Shown here in pieces: positions 1-7,060 of a stretch of DNA of 64,000 nucleotides. This DNA comes from Microcystis sp. LSC13-02. Its GTDB lineage: Bacteria > Cyanobacteriota > Cyanobacteriia > Cyanobacteriales > Microcystaceae. The translations under genes were made by a program, and so were the position numbers. The DNA is taken from assembly GCF_002282935.1 (NCBI RefSeq), contig NZ_MTBT01000043.1. The stretch is one strand, 5' to 3'. The notes beneath the pieces were generated by a model. It made no database searches. It worked only from the letters and a program-made list of their open reading frames with translations, and was not told where the DNA came from. Position 1 is the first letter of the stretch; every line of letters starts with the position of its first letter.

Positions 1-1758
1 TGCTAGAGGGCCACTGATGCGATTGCCTTGCATTCTCTCGCAACCTAATTCTTGCAGGATTTCTAATTGTTGTTGGGTTTCTACTCCCTTGGCGATCACT
101 ATTAAGTTAAAACTTTTCGCTATCGCCAACAATGACGAGATAAAACGGGTATCTTGGGGATTATTACTCAGGTTTTTCGTTAAAGATTGCTCTATTTTCA
201 GTTTTTTCACGGGAAATTGACCGAGATAGGCGATCGACGCGTAACCGCTGCCAAAATCATCAAGGGTGATACTAATACCCAATTCCTGCAAATCCCCAAG
301 AATTCGACCAGTTTCGCGGCTATTTTCCAGTAAACTTGTCTCGGTTATTTCCATCTCCAGAAAGAAAGGCCCGATTTTGCTTTCAGTCAAGACTTCTTTG
401 AGGATGGTGAGCAACTGCGGATCCCGCAATTGGTGCGGGGACAGATTGATCGAGATGGGAGTATATAATAATCCTCGCTGCTGCCATATTTGTGCTTGTT
501 GACAGGCATTTTTCAGCACCCAACGATTAAGCTCAAGGATTAACTCGCTTTCTTCGACTAAGGGTAAGAAACGATTAGGAGCGATTAATCCGAATTGAGG
601 GTGTAACCAGCGCAATAATACCTCTAACCCTTCCACTTGTCCCTGAGTCATATTAACTTGCGGTTGATAGTAAAGAGCTAATTCATTATTTCTGATTGCC
701 TGATAGAGAAAATATTCAACTTTAGAACTACGAGTATTTTTAGGGCGAACATTAACTGACTCTATCCTGGAGTTATTATTGATATTATTCTTGACCGCTA
801 CTAAATTCTTCTCCAGTTTCTGTAAAGTTATTTTTCTGTCTGTGCCGACGGGGGGACAGATAACTGAACCTAAATTTAATCGCACGGCTAGGGAGTGATT
901 TTCGATTTCGTAATTATTTTCTAGGGTTTTAATAATTCTTTGACTAACTTTTTCCAGATCATTGGCATTATTAATTTGTGGCAGCAGGATAATAAATTCG
1001 TCCCCTCCCCAACGAGCGACTATATCCCCCGATCTCAAATTTTTTCTTAACCGTTCACTGACGATTTTTAATAGCTTATCTCCCAGTCGATAACCTAGTC
1101 GATTGTTGATATTTCTTAGCCGCTCTACATCCACTAATAACAGACCGAGCAGTTGATTACTTTTCTGGGCATTATTAATAGCATTTGACAGATATTCATT
1201 AAAGAGAGAACGGTTAGGCAAATTCGTGAGAGGATCTAGGGAAGATTCCTCTTGAGTCCTGTTATCAAAACTAAGGGTCTGGGATGGGGAATTATGGAGA
1301 ATTAGGGTACTTTTTGTGTGGAGGTTATTCTGGCTATAATTTGCTTCATTTTCCGTTAGATGCACTCGTAGCTGTCCTGAACTTTTAACCGGTGCTTGCT
1401 CTATTTTTTCTTGACTGGATATTAAATGAAAACTGGCATTTATATCACAGCCAAAGTTAATTAAATCACCATCTTTTAATTCATGAACCAAGCATTTAGA
1501 CCCATTGACATAAATACCATTATGACTTTTATTTCCCTCTAAATCACCATCAAGAATCCAATAGGAAAATTTTTGGCGATCAATACTCTTTTTAATTAAA
1601 GTCGCATGATAGCGAGACGCGTGTTTGGAGCGAAGAACAATTTGATTATCGGACTTACGGCCGAGAGAATATTTCATGTCTTCTAGGGTAATTGTTCTTC
1701 TCCCTTGAGGATCTTCCACAATGAGGAGATAACGGGAATTGGATGAACCATTAATCAT
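1..1758 (-). CDS. FHA / GGDEF / EAL c-di-GMP signalling protein; the C-terminus runs off the left window edge
   Basis: Absent from the supplied ORF track because it has no stop inside the window. No minus-strand ORF is listed here, which implies there is no in-frame stop. My translation from the ATG at 1758-1756 gives MINGSSNSRYLLIVEDPQGRRTITLEDMKYSLGRKSDNQIVLRSKHASRYHATL...NGIYVNG (FHA-like). It continues ...LRKNLRSGDIVARWGGDEFIILLPQ (RxxD I-site five residues before GGDEF; GGDEF codons at 994-1008). The EAL fold follows: ...NNELALYYQPQV..GLEVLLRW..ISINLS..LEMEITE..LDDFGSGYASIAYL..KLKIEQS..IAKGVETQQQL..MQGNRISGPLA. Confidence 0.85.
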   Translation of the reverse strand, partial: MINGSSNSRYLLIVEDPQGRRTITLEDMKYSLGRKSDNQIVLRSKHASRYHATLIKKSIDRQKFSYWILDGDLEGNKSHNGIYVNGSKCLVHELKDGDLINFGCDINASFHLISSQEKIEQAPVKSSGQLRVHLTENEANYSQNNLHTKSTLILHNSPSQTLSFDNRTQEESSLDPLTNLPNRSLFNEYLSNAINNAQKSNQLLGLLLVDVERLRNINNRLGYRLGDKLLKIVSERLRKNLRSGDIVARWGGDEFIILLPQINNANDLEKVSQRIIKTLENNYEIENHSLAVRLNLGSVICPPVGTDRKITLQKLEKNLVAVKNNINNNSRIESVNVRPKNTRSSKVEYFLYQAIRNNELALYYQPQVNMTQGQVEGLEVLLRWLHPQFGLIAPNRFLPLVEESELILELNRWVLKNACQQAQIWQQRGLLYTPISINLSPHQLRDPQLLTILKEVLTESKIGPFFLEMEITETSLLENSRETGRILGDLQELGISITLDDFGSGYASIAYLGQFPVKKLKIEQSLTKNLSNNPQDTRFISSLLAIAKSFNLIVIAKGVETQQQLEILQELGCERMQGNRISGPLA

Positions 1759-1871
1759 TTTTTCGGTACCTCGACAAAATATAAGTTAATATGCTCTCTC
1801 AAAAAGTCATGGCTTATTCATCTTTGACTTAATTTATTTTCTCAATAAAGTGTTGGGTGTGATTCGGAACA

Positions 1872-2351
1872 GTTACTTAATGGCAATTGCGTCACATCTT
1901 CTGGTTTCAAGGCCTGAGTCAACCAAAATCCTTGTACTTCTTCAAGTTCTGTTCTAGGCCGATTATAGTCGATAACATGGCTAAATGCTCGGTTTTTGAT
2001 GGTAAAGATTGGATAAAGGTTCGCTCTTCAAACTGTCGAGGGGATATTTATAAATATAACTTAAGAAGGAATAGCCCGCATCAAAATTATCTAAAACTAA
2101 CTGTACCCCTAATTCCTTGGCTTAAAGCTGACCCCGCTCCCACGCAGTTTTAACGAGTAATTCAGATAGTCAACAGCTTACCGACAATCAGCAATTATCA
2201 GTCATCCTTAAACTGGTACAAATGTATGAACAACCCCGTGTAAGCATCCCACTTGCAAAGCTAATGCTTTCCAGCGTTTGGGGGAGACAGTTCCTCCACG
2301 GACATCTGAGAGCAAATCGGTTTTTAGTGGTACGATTAACTGCCAATCAAA
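1872..2351 (-). pseudogene. Decayed EAL-domain remnant with stops, frameshifts and an internal deletion
   Basis: Minus-strand translation in shifting frames gives FDWQLIVPLKTDLL..GTVSPKRWKALALQVGCLHG, then LLVKTAWERGQL*AKELGVQLVLDNFDAGYSFLSYIYKYPLDSLKSEPLSNL..*, then ..TELEEVQGFWLTQALKPEDVTQL. These correspond to the EAL motifs YQP / sP..Fi..AE..G / lDDFGtGYSSLsYL..P.D.LKID / QGy..s.P, but are interrupted by stops. Confidence 0.5.
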
Positions 2352-2373
2352 CTTTAAAAACCCGCTCCCTTCT

Positions 2374-2398
2374 CCCCACTTCCCACTTCCCACTCCCC
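2374..2398. repeat. Tandem heptamer CCCCACT TCCCACT TCCCACT CCCC (STRR-like)
   Basis: Read directly: 2374-2380 ccccact, 2381-2387 tcccact, 2388-2394 tcccact, 2395-2398 cccc. Confidence 0.8.
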
Positions 2399-2525
2399 AA
2401 CGGAGGGTTTGGGGGGTAGAATCCCCCAAGAGTCAAAGATTAAGTGATAAAATCGGAAATAACAGCCAATTCTAGCAGAGAGTTTCCCTTTAAAAATCCC
2501 AACCTAGTAAATTGACAAAAATGAG

Positions 2526-4076
2526 ATGCAACCGACAGGAGTTCTCCCTATGGATAGCAACCGATTAATCGAAGAATTAAAAAATCCCGACTTTTATCCT
2601 CATTCTGTAAAAATTCCCGTTGAAATTATCCAAACCCATGCTTCAATTATCTTCTTGACAGGAGATTATGCCTATAAAGTCAAGAAACCAGTTAATTATA
2701 ATTTTTTAGATTTCTCCACTTTAGAAAAGAGAAAGTATTATCTAGAACAGGAACTAGAGTTAAATAAAAGAGTTGCGGCGAATATCTATCTGGAAGTTTT
2801 GTCAATTAATGAGGAACGGGGTACCATAAGTTTAAATGGAGAAGGGAAAGCGATCGAATACATTTTAAAAATGAATCAGTTTCCCCAAGAATGTTTACTG
2901 AGTAAGGTTTTTGAACGAGGAGAACTAACGGAAAAAGCTATAAAATCTTTGGCTGAAAAAGTGGCAGGATTTCATCGACAAGCTCTGACTAATTCCTATA
3001 TTACCCAATTTGGCAATTTAGAAGTTATTAAACAAGCTTTTGATGAAAACTACCAACAAACCGAGAAATATATTAATTTTGTCCAAACCCAAAAACAATA
3101 CGATGAAACGAAAGCTTATACAGATAAATTCTTCGCAGAACACGGAGATTGGTTAGAAGAAAGACAAATAAAAGGGATGATTCGCGAATGTCACGGAGAC
3201 TTACATTTAAATAATATCTGTCAGTGGCAGGGAGAAATACAATTATTTGATCGCATAGAATTTAATGAATCTTTTCGCTTCGTTGATGTCATGTATGATC
3301 TTGCTTTTACAGCCATGGATTTAACCGCTAGGGGGAGAGAAGATTTCGCTAATTTATTTGTGAATACTTATTTAGAACAAACCGCCGACTGGGAGGGTTT
3401 AAAAGTCTTGCCTCTCTACCTGACTAGACAAGCATATGTGAGGGCAAAAGTCAATAGTTTTTTGCTTGATGGTGACAGTTTTTCCGAGAAAATTAAAGCC
3501 AATGCACAGGATTATTATCAATTAGCTTGGCAGTACACACAACCGCAGAAACCGAGATTAATTCTGATGTCGGGATTTTCTGGCTCGGGTAAGAGTACCA
3601 TAGCGAAAGTAATTGCTAAAAATCTTAATGCTATTCAGATTCGTTCCGATGCAGTTCGCAAACATTTGGCTGGAATTGACTTAAATCAAACAGGATTTCT
3701 CGACATATATAGTCTGGAAATGAGTCAAAAAACCTTCGCTAGACTGGCAGAATTAGCCGAAATTTTAATAGCTTTAGGTTATCCGGTTATTCTTGATGCA
3801 CGCTACGATAAATATGCTTGGCGAGAACCTTTATTAACCTATGCCCAAAATTTACAGATTCCTTTTCATATTGTCCATTGTCACGCACCTATAGAAGTTT
3901 TAAAACAACGGATTGCCGCTAGAAAAGGTGATATTTCTGACGCTACTATCGAGGTTTTAAATGCCCAAATTGAGAAAACAGAACCTTTTAATGAAAAAGA
4001 ACAACCCTATCTAATTTCCCTAGACACTACTAATCCCGATTGGCCAGAATTTTTAGAGAGTCAATTAGATAAATAG
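2526..4076 (+). CDS. Fusion of an aminoglycoside-phosphotransferase-like kinase and a P-loop (AAA_33-type) kinase
   Basis: 516-aa ORF. The N-terminal half has the APH/protein-kinase-like catalytic loop (IRECHGDLHLNNI ... FDRIEFN). The C-terminal half has a Walker A motif (LMSGFSGSGKSTIAK). The ATG at 2550 follows AGGAG (2537-2541) after an 8-nt spacer, so it may be the true start. Confidence 0.8.
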   Translation: MQPTGVLPMDSNRLIEELKNPDFYPHSVKIPVEIIQTHASIIFLTGDYAYKVKKPVNYNFLDFSTLEKRKYYLEQELELNKRVAANIYLEVLSINEERGTISLNGEGKAIEYILKMNQFPQECLLSKVFERGELTEKAIKSLAEKVAGFHRQALTNSYITQFGNLEVIKQAFDENYQQTEKYINFVQTQKQYDETKAYTDKFFAEHGDWLEERQIKGMIRECHGDLHLNNICQWQGEIQLFDRIEFNESFRFVDVMYDLAFTAMDLTARGREDFANLFVNTYLEQTADWEGLKVLPLYLTRQAYVRAKVNSFLLDGDSFSEKIKANAQDYYQLAWQYTQPQKPRLILMSGFSGSGKSTIAKVIAKNLNAIQIRSDAVRKHLAGIDLNQTGFLDIYSLEMSQKTFARLAELAEILIALGYPVILDARYDKYAWREPLLTYAQNLQIPFHIVHCHAPIEVLKQRIAARKGDISDATIEVLNAQIEKTEPFNEKEQPYLISLDTTNPDWPEFLESQLDK

Positions 4077-4149
4077 GTTGAGATGAATCACCGATATAGC
4101 CATTGTTATAATTAAGTTATCTTGTATAAAGTAGCAAGAAGGAGAAGCG

Positions 4150-4713
4150 ATGGAAACTGTAGTGTTAAATCTAGAGACAGTTAATTTGACTGATGAACAA
4201 TTTTATCATCTCTGTCAGGCTAATCAAACATGGAATTTAGAACGTAATCAAAAAGGAGAATTATTAATTATGGCTCCCGTGGGTGGAAATAGTGGTAAAC
4301 AGGAAGCTAATTTGATTGTTAAAGTTGGGGTATGGAACGAGCAAACTCAACTTGGTGAGGTATTTAGTTCTTCGACAATTTTTCGTTTACCAAATGGAGG
4401 AGATCGTTCTCCTGATGTTGCTTGGATAAAACGGGAGAGATGGGAAGCTTTGAGCGCAGAAGAGCGAGAAAAGTTCCCACCTTTGTGTCCCGATTTTGTG
4501 ATTGAATTACGTTCTCGTACTGATTCTCTCACCTCTTTACAGGACAAGATGCGTGAATATTTAGCCAGTGGTTTACGTTTAGGTTGGTTGATTAATCCGC
4601 AACAGCAGCAGGTGGAAATCTATCGACTAAATAGCGATATGGAAATTATTAATTTACCTGCTATTTTATCCGGGGAAGATGTGTTACCCGGGTTTGTTTT
4701 GAATTTAACATAG
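4150..4713 (+). CDS. Uma2-family (DUF820) putative PD-(D/E)xK endonuclease
   Basis: 187-aa ORF preceded by AAGGAG. Family-typical segments are present: ELLIMAPVGG, PDVAWI, PDFVIELRS, EYLASGLRLGWLINP. The Uma2 family is named after an ORF upstream of the Microcystis mcy cluster. Confidence 0.8.
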   Translation: METVVLNLETVNLTDEQFYHLCQANQTWNLERNQKGELLIMAPVGGNSGKQEANLIVKVGVWNEQTQLGEVFSSSTIFRLPNGGDRSPDVAWIKRERWEALSAEEREKFPPLCPDFVIELRSRTDSLTSLQDKMREYLASGLRLGWLINPQQQQVEIYRLNSDMEIINLPAILSGEDVLPGFVLNLT

Positions 4714-4919
4714 GAAGGATTACAGGGAATAACAAAGGGAATGACACCGAATCAGGCTATCTCTATTTTGTCAAAACATTTCCAGAAAAGCGATCGATTG
4801 TCAGCTTGGCCGTGTATAATCTCTCAATATCGCCCAAAAAAAAGAATCAGGATTTCAGGAACAGATTCTCTGGCTACTGCTTCAAAGAAAGAGGAAACTC
4901 TCAGTCACAACATTGATAT

Positions 4920-6980
4920 TTGTCAATAATGTCACCTAAAATTTTCAATCATCACTTTACTCCCCTCAAATCCCTCTCTTTGGGGTTATTTCTCCTGCAA
5001 GCTTTCACTCCCCTCACTCTAGCAGCCCCCCCGCGAGAACTGGATCAAACCGTCGGCTGTGATATTCTGGTGGTGGGTGGTGGTTTAGCCGGTGCCGGTG
5101 CGGCCTACGAAGCTTTATTATTAGGAAAAACCGTCTGTTTAACCGAGATTACCGACTGGGTGGGGGGACAGATATCTTCTCAGGGAACCTCCGCATTAGA
5201 TGAAAGACGAACACAAAGAGAAAAATTATTTTTCCCGAAAGGTTATCTAGAATTTAGGGAAAGAATTAGAAAGCATTACGGGAAACGCAACCCCGGAGAA
5301 TGTTGGGTAAGCGGGTCTTGTTTTTTGCCTTTTGATGGACATAAATTATTATTTCAACAGTTAGAAGACGCTGCCAAAAAAGGCAAAGGAACCCTGAAAT
5401 GGTTTCCCTCCACGGTAGTCAAAGAATTAAATATTGAAACTTTACCCAATCGCGGTACTGGTCAACAGATTACCGGTGTAATTGCTATTCAACATAGTCC
5501 CGCAAAAGGTACTCCTCCCCTAAATACCGAGTTCTTATCGCAAAAAATGGAGGATATCTATCGCTACGAAAATTCTCCCCGTTTTGATAAGAAAATCCTC
5601 CGTTTTGTCCCCAAATCCTCCCAACCGAATCAATTAGCAGATTGGTATGTGATTGAAGCGACCGAAACCGGGGAAATAATCGGATTATCAGATATTCCCT
5701 ACCGTTTAGGTGTCGATAAGCGCAGTTATCTCGAACCTTCTTCCTCTAGCGTCACTGGAGACCCCTACTGTACCCAAGGCTTTACCTATACCTTCGCCAT
5801 GGAGGAAACAGAAAAACCACAAACCCACGAGAAACCCGTTTATTATGAACGCTATGCCCCCTATTTTAGCTATGAATTGCCCCGATTAGCCGATTTTGAC
5901 CTCGTTTTCACCTATCGTCGTATTTGGAGTCCGCAACTGGGTAAAGAGAAAACCTTTGGGGGAATTACTTTCACTGAACCCGTCCCGGGGGATATTTCCA
6001 TGCAGAATTGGACCTGGGGAAATGATTATCGTCCGGGGACTGCTAAGGATAACTTTATCTACACCCGTGAACAGTTGCAACAGTTAGGACAGTTATCTCC
6101 GGGGGGATGGATGGGAGGATTACGCACCGAAACCCTCGCGAGGGGCGAAGAACACGCCATTTCCTACTATTATTGGTTAGTAGAAGGAACCACCGATTCC
6201 CAGTTAGGGGACGGGGTAAAAGTTCCCCATTTGAATAACCGTTATCTCTCCGGTTTTGATTCTCCCATGGGTACTGCCCACGGTTTGTCAAAATATCCCT
6301 ATATTCGGGAAGCAAGACGGATTATCGGTCGTCCTTCCCTGACTTACCCCGATGGTTTTACCGTCACAGAAATCGATATTTCCCGACAAAATTTTCAAAG
6401 CGATTTCTATCGTCAAAATCTTTCTCCAGCAGAATATCGGCGCTTAATTGCCACCTTGGCAGGATTAGAGGGATTTTCCGTACTTGATGGCACATTATCC
6501 CCCGATCAGGCCGTTAAACGCAAGCGATCGACTATTTACCCCGATTCCGTCGGTATCGGTCACTATGCGATTGATTTTCATCCCTGCATGACGGAACATC
6601 CCCCCGAAAAACCGGGTAATACAGAAAAAGCAGGAGAAAGACAGGGACAAGGGCAAGCTTACCCCTTCGAGATCCCTTTAAGGGCTATAATTCCCCAAAA
6701 AATCGATAATTTACTGATAGCGGGGAAAAGTATCGCTCTCAGTCATATTGCCGCGGCCGCCTATCGTGTCCATTCCTTCGAGTGGTCCTCTGGGGTAGCT
6801 GCTGGCATCACGGCCGTGTATGCTTTAGATAATAATGTACTGCCCTATCAATTAGTAGAAAGTGACTTTCTCATTGGGAATAAACAACTGCGAGAATTAC
6901 GACAAAAAATCGCTGCTAGTGGTAATCCAACTGTGTTCCCCGATGCCTCAATTTTCCGGTCGATGGATGATTGGTATTAA
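4920..6980 (+). CDS. Secreted FAD-dependent oxidoreductase
   Basis: 686-aa ORF. There is a hydrophobic signal-like N-terminus (LSLGLFLLQAFTPLTLAAPP), then the dinucleotide-binding motif DILVVGGGLAGAGAAYEA ... GGQISSQG. The track start at 4920 is TTG; the ATG at 4929 is a likely alternative. Confidence 0.75.
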   Translation: MSIMSPKIFNHHFTPLKSLSLGLFLLQAFTPLTLAAPPRELDQTVGCDILVVGGGLAGAGAAYEALLLGKTVCLTEITDWVGGQISSQGTSALDERRTQREKLFFPKGYLEFRERIRKHYGKRNPGECWVSGSCFLPFDGHKLLFQQLEDAAKKGKGTLKWFPSTVVKELNIETLPNRGTGQQITGVIAIQHSPAKGTPPLNTEFLSQKMEDIYRYENSPRFDKKILRFVPKSSQPNQLADWYVIEATETGEIIGLSDIPYRLGVDKRSYLEPSSSSVTGDPYCTQGFTYTFAMEETEKPQTHEKPVYYERYAPYFSYELPRLADFDLVFTYRRIWSPQLGKEKTFGGITFTEPVPGDISMQNWTWGNDYRPGTAKDNFIYTREQLQQLGQLSPGGWMGGLRTETLARGEEHAISYYYWLVEGTTDSQLGDGVKVPHLNNRYLSGFDSPMGTAHGLSKYPYIREARRIIGRPSLTYPDGFTVTEIDISRQNFQSDFYRQNLSPAEYRRLIATLAGLEGFSVLDGTLSPDQAVKRKRSTIYPDSVGIGHYAIDFHPCMTEHPPEKPGNTEKAGERQGQGQAYPFEIPLRAIIPQKIDNLLIAGKSIALSHIAAAAYRVHSFEWSSGVAAGITAVYALDNNVLPYQLVESDFLIGNKQLRELRQKIAASGNPTVFPDASIFRSMDDWY

Positions 6981-6993
6981 TTAACAAAAATTG

Positions 6994-7030
6994 CAGGAGT
7001 CAGGAGTCTTTAAGCAGTCAGCAGTCAGCA
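6994..7030. repeat. Two adjacent tandem heptamer blocks: CAGGAGT x2 and GCAGTCA x2.4
   Basis: Read directly: caggagt at 6994-7000 and 7001-7007; gcagtca at 7014-7020 and 7021-7027, plus gca at 7028-7030. They lie in the 80-bp convergent spacer between the oxidoreductase and mcyC stop codons. Confidence 0.8.
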
Positions 7031-7060
7031 ACTCGGACTGTGATAATAACTAGAAAACGG

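Noticed and set aside
17-502. Plus-strand ORFs 17..220 and 266..502 from the track
   Set aside because: They lie antisense within the long open FHA-GGDEF-EAL frame on the minus strand. Their products are low-complexity, with no motifs and no ribosome-binding sites. I treat them as shadow ORFs.
1887-2475. Small ORFs (1887..2153 +, 2208..2429 -, 2222..2419 +, 2278..2475 +), and a possible structured RNA suggested by the complementary ends GGGGAGA (2281) and TCTCCCC (2371)
   Set aside because: The interval is better explained as a decayed EAL-domain pseudogene plus a heptamer repeat. I recognise no riboswitch or known ncRNA consensus, and the complementarity is only 7 nt.
4741-4929. 62-aa ORF in the Uma2-oxidoreductase spacer
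   Set aside because: It has no Shine-Dalgarno sequence and a basic, low-complexity product. It overlaps the start of the oxidoreductase gene and is probably non-coding. A TATAAT hexamer at about 4814 lacks a properly spaced -35 element, so I did not call a promoter.
2374-7030. The heptamer tandem repeats considered as a possible CRISPR array or minisatellite array
   Set aside because: The units are 7 nt with no spacers and only 2-3.5 copies, and there are no cas genes. They are STRR-type microrepeats, not CRISPR.
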